In this document: positions 9,776 to 19,192 of the stretch, piece after piece | Layout of the letters: each line of letters begins with the position of its first letter | Position numbering within the stretch: position 1 is the first letter of the stretch | Source of the DNA: a virus | Lineage: Duplodnaviria; Caudoviricetes | IMG/VR virus record: IMGVR_UViG_3300028832_000007 | Location: 6,459-70,458 of that record | DNA length: 64,000 nt | Strand: one strand, 5' to 3' | Notes under the pieces: generated by a model | Database searches by the model: none | The model's input: only the letters and a program-made list of their open reading frames with translations | Told to the model about the DNA's origin: nothing | Made by a program: the position numbers and the translations under genes

Positions 9776-10152
9776 TTCTTTGTTCTGATTAATTCAAATG
9801 CACTAACCCCCTGCTTCTCCCAGTATTTCCGAATAGCTTCCCATATCGCATCCTCTTCCATTTCAGCGGTATAAAATACGTTTCCCGTATCGACGCACCT
9901 GTATTGTCGTTGGCGAATGGATACTTCCGTGCCTCGATAAGTCACGTTCTGCGTCACCCATTCTTCGACCACTGGTCCTCCCGAGAACGGAGACTTGAAT
10001 CCTGGCACAACTTTCTCCAGCTTCACTGTCATATCGTCATTCAGGGAAAGCCAGAGGTCCACTTCCTTCCCATTATGGACGATAGGAATGTCAGCGGTAT
10101 TCAGCTGAGAACCTATCGCCGCCATCCGTTTAGATAATTCGTTAAGAGTCAT
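9772..10152 (-). CDS. Hypothetical protein with YgiT/MqsA-type zinc-finger-like C-terminus; true start 10152
   Basis: MTLNELS...; VTYRGTEVSIRQRQYRCVDTGNVFYTAEME. The longer ORF-track start (10428) overlaps the upstream gene. Confidence 0.55.
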   Translation of the reverse strand: MTLNELSKRMAAIGSQLNTADIPIVHNGKEVDLWLSLNDDMTVKLEKVVPGFKSPFSGGPVVEEWVTQNVTYRGTEVSIRQRQYRCVDTGNVFYTAEMEEDAIWEAIRKYWEKQGVSAFELIRTKK

Positions 10153-10153
10153 A

Positions 10154-11431
10154 TTATAGTTTCTTGAGTTGATCATAGAGCTGGTAGAGGACATTGCCAT
10201 CTTCTCTGTCGATCTCCTTTTCTCTCGCAGCTTCAAGCAGGGCATCAAGTTGCTCCTTGGTCGGCTTCCAGTCGTCCAATGGTTTCGATGGTTTCGGACA
10301 GCTAAGAAGGGATTTGAGCCAGGCAATCTCTCTGTCATACGAAGTATCTCCGTCCGTTTCCTTGTAAGCGTACCGATTCTCCTTTGCTTCTTCAATAGAG
10401 GAAATACAGCAATTAAGTATATCTGCATCTTCCTCGCTCCACTCTGCGTGTCTTTTCAGATAAGTCAGCAGGGAGGCGCAGAAGTTATACCAGTCGATGT
10501 CACGGTCATGGTCGATTCTGATATTGAAAGTCTTTGCTAGATCGGTGACAGCAACCTTGAAGTTATGAATATCGTCCATAGCCTGATTAATCTCCTTGTC
10601 GGTGATACTCTCTTCTGGCTTCTGCTCTTCCTCAAATTTCTCCATTTGAGTGTAATAGCCGTTGGGGTATTCTTCGCCCGGATAGATACCATCTCTCGCC
10701 GAATTATCTTCAAATTCAACGCGATAGAAATTAGGTCCGTGTAACCCTTTAACCTCTTCAAAAGATTTGATGATATGTTTTCTCCCGTCCCCGTTTTTCA
10801 ATCTCACTGCATCACCAACCTTGAACCCGAAAACTTCCAATATTGGCTTATGCTCTTTCTGCTCTTCCTTCGTGCGCTTAACATATAACTTGTAGGTGTT
10901 AATACTATAGATCCCGTGACTGTAATAGTCTCCAAGTATTTCTACGCACTTTTTGTATTCTTGGGATTTCCAAAAGTCATCTTCGTGGCGTGGAATATCG
11001 ATACGATAGAATATCTTACTTATATCGCCTTTGACGGCAGGGGCATACTTGCAGTCTTCCAGATATGAAACAACGTTTTTTACCAAAGCAAGGGAGTCCT
11101 GCTCTTTCTGCTTTTCTTCCATTGCGGGGTTTCCTTGAAAATGCATTCTTTCCCCGTCGTAGAAGTATATCGCAGGATAACCAAGCATAACATCTTTCAC
11201 AAAAGGAAGCTCTTTCTGCTTTTCGAGGTAAGAGATAATGTCTTCGACAGGGATATTGCACCATGTCTTCTTGGTCTTACCCCTGAAGTGCTCGACCATC
11301 TTCTTCCTTATCTTTTCGTCCTTGCTCTCTGCAAGAGCAGGATGAAGTTCAAGGATCGCATCCTTTACTTTTGCATTGTCCGAATTTTTGAGAAATTCTC
11401 TCAATGTTTCACGGGCTGAATTCTTATTCAT
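10154..11431 (-). CDS. Mosaic multi-module hypothetical protein
   Basis: 425 aa; modules separated by E(K/E)QK(E/P) linkers. Confidence 0.7.
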   Translation of the reverse strand: MNKNSARETLREFLKNSDNAKVKDAILELHPALAESKDEKIRKKMVEHFRGKTKKTWCNIPVEDIISYLEKQKELPFVKDVMLGYPAIYFYDGERMHFQGNPAMEEKQKEQDSLALVKNVVSYLEDCKYAPAVKGDISKIFYRIDIPRHEDDFWKSQEYKKCVEILGDYYSHGIYSINTYKLYVKRTKEEQKEHKPILEVFGFKVGDAVRLKNGDGRKHIIKSFEEVKGLHGPNFYRVEFEDNSARDGIYPGEEYPNGYYTQMEKFEEEQKPEESITDKEINQAMDDIHNFKVAVTDLAKTFNIRIDHDRDIDWYNFCASLLTYLKRHAEWSEEDADILNCCISSIEEAKENRYAYKETDGDTSYDREIAWLKSLLSCPKPSKPLDDWKPTKEQLDALLEAAREKEIDREDGNVLYQLYDQLKKL

Positions 11432-11448
11432 AGCTATTTCTCGTATGA

Positions 11449-11987
11449 TTAGTTCTTCTTTAATTCTTTATATAATTCATACAATTCTTCATCTGAGAGT
11501 GGGTTGTATTTCTCAATATGCCAGGCGTCTTCCCATTTCCATTCATTTGCGAATCCCCCTATATAATCGCCGAGCTTTAGTTGCTCCAACTTTTTTATCA
11601 ATTTGACATTTCCATAGCGCGGCGTTGTCCCCCGAAGCATGTGGATAATGTCTTTTCTATCTAATTCTGCGGTCATAACTCTTCCTCCCTTCTGATTTCA
11701 AGAATGGCAATCTTTGCGATTCCACCTTTGAATGGTTCTTCTTCTCCATTTACACGGCAAGTACCCCCATCAAATTTCACCTCTACAACCTCAGATGGAT
11801 GTACCGGAATAGATTCCAGAGGGACCAGTTCAATAGCAGAGTTGATAACTCCGACCGCCAGATCGAATCCCTCTTGAACCTTCTTTCTTTCTATAGAATC
11901 AGGATGGAAAAGTACATCCAAATCGAGTTCGTCTTTTAGGGCCGCGAGCTCCTTTAGCAGCTTATCTGCGTCAATGCATTTTAACAT
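11449..11987 (-). CDS. Two small hypothetical proteins (11449-11676, 11673-11987)
   Basis: Overlapping stop/start; the second begins with the common phage IDADKL motif. Confidence 0.65.
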
Positions 11988-11989
11988 AG

Positions 11990-12931
11990 TTATTCCTCCT
12001 TTCTTGCGTTAAGCCTAAGTTCAAAGAAGTGGCGAACTATATTTATAAATTCTTCTTTGTTGAATACGGCATACTCGTTTCTCGGTGGAGATACCCAATT
12101 TTGCCAGCATTCTTCTATCTCGTTCTCCAAGTTCACTTTCAGCTGCTCCTGCTCAATTCTTGCGTCACAAAGGGCAGAACAGAATCCACAACTTTTTTCT
12201 CTCTCTTCAAGAGTTCTTCCATAGATACATTCTGGCTGCTCCTGTTCGTCCATTGTTGCCATAGGGACATTATTGCCGTTCATATAAGAAATGTAGCCTT
12301 GCAACACATCTGCATCTTTTAGATACCCTTCTTTTATGAGGCAATCACAAAGTTTCTTGGCGTAATTGTTTACAGTATCATTCCAGTTCTCAGACGGAAT
12401 TTTTTGAATAAGCCGATTAAGTGGGATGAAGTGTAATCCTTCCGACTGCTCTTGCTGGAGATATTCGTATAATCTCTTTGCTGCCTCTTGTGGAGTGTGT
12501 CCGTCCCATTCATCAGCAATTTCTTTCTCTGGAACCTTGAACAAATCCCAATCTTTTAGTTCATAGTGATTAGAAACTTGTCCGGTAGGAAGATTTGCTA
12601 TAACGATAAACCAGCCGCCTCCAAAGCATTCTTCTCCAGTATGATGTCGTTTACTCTTATGAACCCACTCTTTCGGAAGCAGGTTAAAGAAAGCTGCATT
12701 GTAAAGCATTCTATAGTAATAGAGTTCATTAAATGTATGGTAACCGTCGGAAACTTCGCCCATATCCTCCGGCTGCTCCTGCTGGAGAGAGCCAATAAGA
12801 TCTTTCATCCAAATCAACTCTTGCCTGCATACCATCGCTGATTCAAAAGTATCTTTGTGAGGTTCTAATATTTTTAGCCGCCGTTCTATCTCAGCAATCA
12901 GCTTTTCTGCGTCAATGTATTTCTTTTCCAT
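11990..12931 (-). CDS. Mosaic protein containing a WDGH-type domain
   Basis: SDGYHTFNELY...KSKRHHTG...WFIV...LPTGQVSNHY...WDGHTP; QEQP linkers. Confidence 0.7.
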   Translation of the reverse strand: MEKKYIDAEKLIAEIERRLKILEPHKDTFESAMVCRQELIWMKDLIGSLQQEQPEDMGEVSDGYHTFNELYYYRMLYNAAFFNLLPKEWVHKSKRHHTGEECFGGGWFIVIANLPTGQVSNHYELKDWDLFKVPEKEIADEWDGHTPQEAAKRLYEYLQQEQSEGLHFIPLNRLIQKIPSENWNDTVNNYAKKLCDCLIKEGYLKDADVLQGYISYMNGNNVPMATMDEQEQPECIYGRTLEEREKSCGFCSALCDARIEQEQLKVNLENEIEECWQNWVSPPRNEYAVFNKEEFINIVRHFFELRLNARKEE

Positions 12932-12933
12932 AA

Positions 12934-15598
12934 CTATTCGAATAGATACTTAATTAAGGCCCACTTAGCCAATTCCTCTGTGGTGTAATGACCGTACATA
13001 TATACGTATGCCACAACACTCATCAAGATCACAGCGGCCCAAAGAATGATTTTCACATAGCCGCTCTTTGCATGTATTTTACTTTCAATTGCCATAACTA
13101 TTCATTATTTGTTTTAGCCACACAGCCCTTTACTTCGCAAGGCGTTCCTGGAAGGCCCTTCTTGCATTCTCCTCCATCGTGCCATTTGCAGGTCATAGCC
13201 TTGCGTGTCCTTTCGTATGCGTCTTCTGTAATGCGAGAAAGAAACTCTCGTATTTTTGTGCTATTGCGTTTCATAACTTAATCGTCTATAAGGTCTAAAA
13301 AGAGTGATGCTAAATCCTCACAATGAAAAGTTTCTTCTATATCGTTTTCTTGTCTATGTATTGACAATTCTTCCAACACTTCGTGTGCAAGGTCGGCAGC
13401 TTTATGTAAAACATCATCTATATCTAACCCGTCAAGAGTTACACTTGACGCAGCCGTTGTTATTACTTGTAATCGTTTCATTTTTCGAACTCCTTTTTCA
13501 GTTCTTCGTACAGTTTTCTTCTCGATAGTCTTTGTTTTTCTTCTTCTTCGGCTTGTGCCTCGGCTCCGAGATGCTGATATAGCTGATTTTCATTTCGACA
13601 AGCTTTTTTAGTTCATCTTCTGAGAGTGTAATGTATTCTTCTATTTGTTCTTTCTTCATAATCCACGTACCATTTTCATATATTCATCCACATCAACGCC
13701 TTTCCATGTGCCTCTTTCCTCGACACGCTGGATTAGTTCATCGAGTTCTTCCATAGCTTTCTCAGTATTCTCCCATCTTTCCATAAGCTCACATAGATGG
13801 ATAAGCTCTTTCTTAATAGGGGACGGGACATCCTGACCTCCACCATTAACAATGCCTATCCGGACAGACTCATTAAACAGATTCTTTCCTGGAATATCAA
13901 AGGCAATCACGATGTCTCCATCCCAGCCCCGCATGAATCGAACCTTATTCCCGTCCCCGTTAAGTGATATCAACTCTTTCATCTCACATTCTTTTCTATA
14001 ATATTATCCATACGCTCAAACTTTTCACACACATCATCTGTGGGCTGGTAGTTCCACCACCTCCCAGAATGCGGACAAAGGTACATTGCAATCGGAGAGA
14101 GCATGAAGCTAAAACTGTTTCCGCCATATTCCCCATTGAATTGTAAATGGCGACATCCAATACATGTGTCTCTTATCATAAAACTATCTCCTTTTCTATG
14201 CCGCACAGCCTAAGAGCCGCCTGGAGTTGGTGAATGTTTTCGCAGTCGCATGAATGGAATGAGTTGATGCCATTACTTGAACTACTGCATCGAATCTCCA
14301 CAAGGCACTTTACCCCGATGAGTTCTTCATCATATAAGGATATTTCGACCGTTGTAAATTCCAGTTTATTTTGAGGTGGTTTCTGCGCCCAAACGAATCG
14401 TGAGACAACCTCATTCTTTTCATCTATTACCCATCCGTTCTTCTCCAAGATTTCGGGAGTGATAGAAATCGGTTCAAGATATGAGAGCCAAATTCCTCCA
14501 TCGAATTGCTCTCCATCAAGGGGATGGCAGTGAACAGCACAGACAAGTCCTTTCTCCTCTAATTTAGCTTCGCCATCTATGCCAACAACCCGAACAATTG
14601 TTCCTTTCTTTATGCAGAGACCATCTTTGTTCACACGAAAGAAGTCCCCAAGCATCAATTCATTTGCTTTCATATCTCTATTATATTCTGTAGTTCACTT
14701 TTCATCCACCTTGCTCCGGCTTTGAATGTCTCTTCAACAACCTCTCTGAATGTCCGGTTTTCCTCTATCCACATTCTTGCTGCATCTTCATCGGAATATC
14801 TTTCAGCCTCGGCATTAAGCCTGTTTATATACTTTCCTTTTTTCATGATTTTCGATCTAGTATTTTCCAAAGTTTCCCGATGACGTAGACAAAACTCAGA
14901 ACGGAAGCACCGAACAAGATGCCGATGGCCGGGAAATATCCTAACATTATATAAAGATTTTCCGAAGCGTAATATATCTTTGAGAGTAATATTATAAGGT
15001 CTATAGCAATGCCTATTACGGCGAACGCACCAAAAAGCTTGAGGTAGTCAATAATACGGTCTTTATTCTTCATAACTTACTAGATTAACGGTTTAGCTAT
15101 TTCAATTAGGTCGCGGAAGTTCTCTAGAAACTGATCACAGAGTTCTTCGGACTTGAAGGTAAGGATACGAGGGGAGTGATATTCGTGATCAGTAATTATC
15201 TCTATATTCTTGTCAGAATCTTTACAACAAGACCTAATTACATATTTTTCCGATGGACGTGTCCAATCAGGCTCCCAGACACCATTGTAGCAGTTCCTGA
15301 GTTGAAGTAGCTGCATCAGAGCAAGAATAGCCCCGGCGGTCTCTTTGTTAGGTAGAATATCCTTATATTGCACTTCTCGGTTTTTGGGGAAGTCGGTACC
15401 CACTGCCTGGATTCCAGCATCAGCGCCAGGAGCCAGATAATACTCATCATCCTTAATAGGATTCATCTCGCAGAATTCCTCCCATGTCTTAGGAAATTTC
15501 TTCTCCATCTTTCGCTGCTCCCACTTACCTTCGCCGGTCTGGACGAGTTCGCAGTCGTCCGGAATATTGATTGTTACTTTTTTCATTTTCATAAGCAC
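12934..15598 (-). CDS. Run of small hypothetical genes (e.g. 13278-13481, 13656-13982, 13979-14206, 14176-14673, 14670-14870, 14843-15073, 15080-15598)
   Basis: Contiguous, translationally coupled - strand ORFs with AGTTATG/ATATG starts; no function recognised. Confidence 0.6.
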
Positions 15599-15599
15599 A

Positions 15600-16133
15600 C
15601 TATTTAAGATTTCGATAATTGAATATTTTCTTTGGGAAGTTCTCCCGGCGAAGTATAGAGTAAAGAATCAGCATGTCGGCATGACAGCCCTGCAATCTCG
15701 TCTGAGGGGCTACGATAGGATGGATCGCTTTTCCGTCCCAATATAGAAGCCCCCAGCCTTCGGGCAATTCTTCCGGCTTGATAATTCCCTCTGGACAGAG
15801 ATACCAACGTCTATTGCCGGCCTGGTATTCTGGAGGAACGGATCTCCAATACTTCTTGCGATCTGCGAGAAAATCCGCATGTGAGGTCTTGACCTCTATG
15901 ACGGTGGTCGCGTACCCGTCATACCCCCAGACATCAGTATTCTCAGCTGCGACGGTGTTCAGTTCTACGGCAACGTATAGATGCTGCTTACATACACCGC
16001 AGTAGTCATGTCTGAAAGCAGGGCATTGAGAACACGCTGTCTTATGCCGTCTGTGCAACCACTTCGCTCCTTCCACGCAGAGCTGATAATGTAGAGAATC
16101 TGACTTGCTCATAGAAATATGTAAATCTTTCAA
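15600..16133 (-). CDS. PD-(D/E)xK nuclease-like protein (MmcB-related)
   Basis: TDVWG...VIEVKTSHADFLAD...RWYLCPEGIIKPEELPEGWGLL. Confidence 0.65.
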   Translation of the reverse strand: MKDLHISMSKSDSLHYQLCVEGAKWLHRRHKTACSQCPAFRHDYCGVCKQHLYVAVELNTVAAENTDVWGYDGYATTVIEVKTSHADFLADRKKYWRSVPPEYQAGNRRWYLCPEGIIKPEELPEGWGLLYWDGKAIHPIVAPQTRLQGCHADMLILYSILRRENFPKKIFNYRNLK

Positions 16134-16139
16134 ATATTT

Positions 16140-16355
16140 TTATATTTTTTCAATTCCCCAAAAGGAACATATCTCATCTATGTACTCGACAGCCTCCGCC
16201 CTTGTGGCAGTACAGTCAAGCAGAAAGCCCTCATTGTTCCATACGCCCCAATTAAAAACCATCCCGCCACAAATGTAGCACTCTTTAACGATAGTGAAGC
16301 CTCTGTAAGTGTATACCTCACATTCTTCCTTCTTTATTTTATGTAACTTCCCCAT
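16140..16355 (-). CDS. Hypothetical protein
   Basis: MGKLHKIKKEE...; starts 3 nt after the MTase stop. Confidence 0.6.
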   Translation of the reverse strand: MGKLHKIKKEECEVYTYRGFTIVKECYICGGMVFNWGVWNNEGFLLDCTATRAEAVEYIDEICSFWGIEKI

Positions 16356-16357
16356 GA

Positions 16358-17947
16358 TCAGCTCGCGAAATTTAGTTGATAGCTCAATGCAGTGCATAAG
16401 GCGTTAGCCATATGTGTTTCCACTGCGTTTCCGATATATTTTTTCTGCTCCGCCTTGGTCCCTATTAAGACGTAGTCATCCGGGAATCCCATGATCCTCT
16501 TTAGCTCTGGTATCTTCAGCATGCGCATGCATATATCCTTGATGCCGTAGAGAGCCATGAACTCCTTTATCTTGACCGTCATCGGGCTATCAGTGTCATA
16601 GATTGCCACGACCGGACCGAGCTCTGGAGTTATCAGATAAGGAGGTCTCTTGTCCATCCTGGCTATGAGGGTGAAGCATGGCTTGTCAAGAGGCGCTCCT
16701 GCAGAGGTGAACTGCGGGTTCATGAGCCAAGACTTGACGGTCACGAGGTTCTGTTTAGGAACTGCCGTTACCGTGCCGGAAGGTCCATCGAGGGAAGCCG
16801 CCGTACCGTTGCCGTACTGCTGGTCCATAAACTGCATCTTGACAAGGCCGAGCCTATCCTTTGTTGTTACCGTAGGGGACGGAGCCTGCAATGACGAATT
16901 GCCTCCGTTACCATAGTAGGCCGTGATGAAGGCATGATGGTCGATGCAGGTAATGGTCCCTGCCGGCTTGTCTATCGAGGTGTTTTTGCTGCCCGGGTCC
17001 CCTGAGAACTGCTTCGAAAGGAAGCTCACCTTCGCAAGCCCGAGGCGGTTCTGCGTTGCAACGGTAGGACACGGATCATCCACGGACGGAGGTATATACT
17101 TACCCTTCCTGTTCATGGAGTTATACTTGATGAGAAAGGCATCCTTACCCCCGGCCACGAACTTGATAAGCCCTGCATATATTCTCTGCAATGTCTTTTC
17201 AGACAATGGCTTTTCCCTGAATATGGTTGAACCCGCATCGTCAAGCTCAAGGACTTCCCTGACAGGCTTCCACGCCTTGGTAGCACCCCAGATATTTGTT
17301 TCCGGTGTCTTGCTGTGCGTAGGCTCCGGGAATACTATCGGCAGGTTACCCTTTGCGAAGATTCCGAAGAAACGCTCCCTCGAAGTGTATGCCCCGTAGT
17401 CGGCAGCGTTGAGTATCCTATGCTGGAAGGTATAGCCTCTGTTGCATACGTTATGCACCCAGTTCATGTAACAACGCCCCGCATCCTTGCTGATAGGCTT
17501 GCCATTCTCATCCAGGTCACCCCACATCATGAACTCCTTCACGTTCTCGATCTGGATATAGTCAGGCTGGAGGGTGTCGATGTATCTGAACAGATGCTCG
17601 GCGAGTGTCCTGCTGTCTGCATCCCTCGGCTGGCCCCCCTTAGCCCTGCTGAAATTGGTACATTCCAGCGAGGCCCAGAGAACGAGCATCGAGCCCGGGT
17701 TCTTCGCCCTCTCTCTGGCCGTATGCTCCACGAGGGTGGTAAGGTCGAGGGTACGTATATCCTCGGTGTAGTGCTTCGCCTCCGGATGATTGGCGAGGTG
17801 TGAAGCGATTGCATGCTTGTCATGGTTCACGCAGGCAATCACCCGAGCGCATTTCTGACCTCCTATCGTAGCGGACTCCACGCCGGTGGATGTTCCACCA
17901 GCTCCACAAAAAAGGTCTATGTATAATAACTCTTTCATATTTTTCAT
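16358..17947 (-). CDS. C5-cytosine DNA methyltransferase
   Basis: Motif I DLFCGAGG, motif IV LECTNFS, motif VI IENVKEF, motif VIII TSRERFF, motifs IX/X ELKRIMGFP and IGNAV. Confidence 0.93.
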   Translation of the reverse strand: MKNMKELLYIDLFCGAGGTSTGVESATIGGQKCARVIACVNHDKHAIASHLANHPEAKHYTEDIRTLDLTTLVEHTARERAKNPGSMLVLWASLECTNFSRAKGGQPRDADSRTLAEHLFRYIDTLQPDYIQIENVKEFMMWGDLDENGKPISKDAGRCYMNWVHNVCNRGYTFQHRILNAADYGAYTSRERFFGIFAKGNLPIVFPEPTHSKTPETNIWGATKAWKPVREVLELDDAGSTIFREKPLSEKTLQRIYAGLIKFVAGGKDAFLIKYNSMNRKGKYIPPSVDDPCPTVATQNRLGLAKVSFLSKQFSGDPGSKNTSIDKPAGTITCIDHHAFITAYYGNGGNSSLQAPSPTVTTKDRLGLVKMQFMDQQYGNGTAASLDGPSGTVTAVPKQNLVTVKSWLMNPQFTSAGAPLDKPCFTLIARMDKRPPYLITPELGPVVAIYDTDSPMTVKIKEFMALYGIKDICMRMLKIPELKRIMGFPDDYVLIGTKAEQKKYIGNAVETHMANALCTALSYQLNFAS

Positions 17948-17950
17948 TAT

Positions 17951-18030
17951 AAAAAAGGGGCGGGGTAGTTTAAGTTTAGGCAACCAACAAAACTACGATC
18001 ATGAAAAAGTCCCAAAGTTTTTCCCGCCCC
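17951..18030 (-). terminator. Large-loop hairpin plus U-tract just upstream of MTase start
   Basis: GGGGCGGG (17957-64) / CCCGCCCC (18023-30), inner GTAGTTT/AAACTAC stem, T6 on the - strand. Confidence 0.6.
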
Positions 18031-18044
18031 ATATATATTTTTTT

Positions 18045-18821
18045 TTATTTCGTCTTAAGGTCCCTGAGGACGAGCCTGGCCCACCGGGATATATGGTATC
18101 TCTCGAATGGGCCTCCACCGGGAGCACTATATATTTCTGGATTCGTCTCGTGGAGCTCGTTAAGCTGCCTGAGGATATCCTTTCTCGGCACGTTATTCCT
18201 TAGCAGGGAAGCAGCCAGGATATAAGCGGAATCACGGAGACGTCTCGCATTCGCGGCTTCAGAGATGGCTATTCCGGCCTTTATCCCGCTTTCGGTATTG
18301 TCGCACCCCTTTTCTCGTCCCAAATGGGTCCGCCATAGGCCGTCCTTCGTCTCGAAGCCCCCGTCTCTCTCGATCTTCTTTTTTATCTCAGCCATCGCAA
18401 GCTTGGTGTTTATCTGACCCATCTTCGCCTGCGCTTCCCACACCGACCACATGATCTTGAGGATAAGCTCATTCACCGTGGGAAGGTCGCAGAACCTGAG
18501 ATTACCTTCGCCGCACACCCTCAAGACCTTGCAGGCTTCCTCGACGTTCCTGAATCGGTCCGTCTTGGCTATCAGCAGGTATGTGCCGTGAGCCTTACAG
18601 TAATCTATGGCGTCCCATAAAGACTTGCACTTATCCAGTTTCTGACCGGAATATACGTCCTTGAAAGTCTCGACCGGGTCTTTCCCCGTGAATGCCTTTG
18701 CATATGCAACCTGGGCTTCCAAACCTAAGTTTGACAGCCCCTGTTTCTTGGTAGATACCCTTATCCAGAGAACATAGTCCCTGGAGTCCTGTATATCTGG
18801 ATTGTTTGCAATCTTTCCCAT
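18045..18821 (-). CDS. Small serine recombinase (resolvase/invertase family)
   Basis: YVLWIRVSTKKQG..LGLEAQ catalytic motif; LLIAKTDRFRN. Confidence 0.88.
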   Translation of the reverse strand: MGKIANNPDIQDSRDYVLWIRVSTKKQGLSNLGLEAQVAYAKAFTGKDPVETFKDVYSGQKLDKCKSLWDAIDYCKAHGTYLLIAKTDRFRNVEEACKVLRVCGEGNLRFCDLPTVNELILKIMWSVWEAQAKMGQINTKLAMAEIKKKIERDGGFETKDGLWRTHLGREKGCDNTESGIKAGIAISEAANARRLRDSAYILAASLLRNNVPRKDILRQLNELHETNPEIYSAPGGGPFERYHISRWARLVLRDLKTK

Positions 18822-18826
18822 GTCGT

Positions 18827-18907
18827 TTATTTTTTGTTACGGCGGTCCTCACCCAGCAGCTCTGGAAAGAATGCGATCCAGCAAAGAAGAATGATTAACC
18901 ACTTCAT
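18827..18907 (-). CDS. 26-aa membrane micropeptide (not in ORF track)
   Basis: MKWLIILLCWIAFFPELLGEDRRNKK fills the intergenic gap. Confidence 0.45.
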   Translation of the reverse strand: MKWLIILLCWIAFFPELLGEDRRNKK

Positions 18908-18919
18908 GATAAGAAGAAT

Positions 18920-19147
18920 TTAAAATCCGATTGCCTTCCGAATTGCCACGAGTCTATTTATCTCGGACTCGATGGTATCCTTTGTCAGGACTGTCCAGCC
19001 TTTTACCGACCCCATATTACGGACGGCGACTGAAACGGCTCCGGAAGTTGCGCCCAAAGCTCTCGCACATGCATTCATGCTGGGATACCTTATAATATCC
19101 CCGGAAAGCTTATTTATTGCGAATATCTCTTGTGATTGTTTTCTCAT
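18920..19147 (-). CDS. NUMOD1-like HTH protein
   Basis: IFAINKLSGDIIRYPSMNACARALGATSGAVS. Confidence 0.55.
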   Translation of the reverse strand: MRKQSQEIFAINKLSGDIIRYPSMNACARALGATSGAVSVAVRNMGSVKGWTVLTKDTIESEINRLVAIRKAIGF

Positions 19148-19192
19148 TTGTTTCTGATATTATATCTTGTTTCTATCAAAAATTATGCCATA

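Noticed and set aside
17957-18030. Invertible promoter controlled by the adjacent serine recombinase
   Set aside because: The inverted repeat is only 8 bp, the enclosed segment has no TAnnTTTG in either orientation, and a U-tract follows, which fits an RNA hairpin better.
18001-18225. + strand ORF MKKSQSF... as a real gene
   Set aside because: It overlaps the recombinase 3' end antisense and has no visible promoter. It is kept only as the alternative explanation for the anti-start element.
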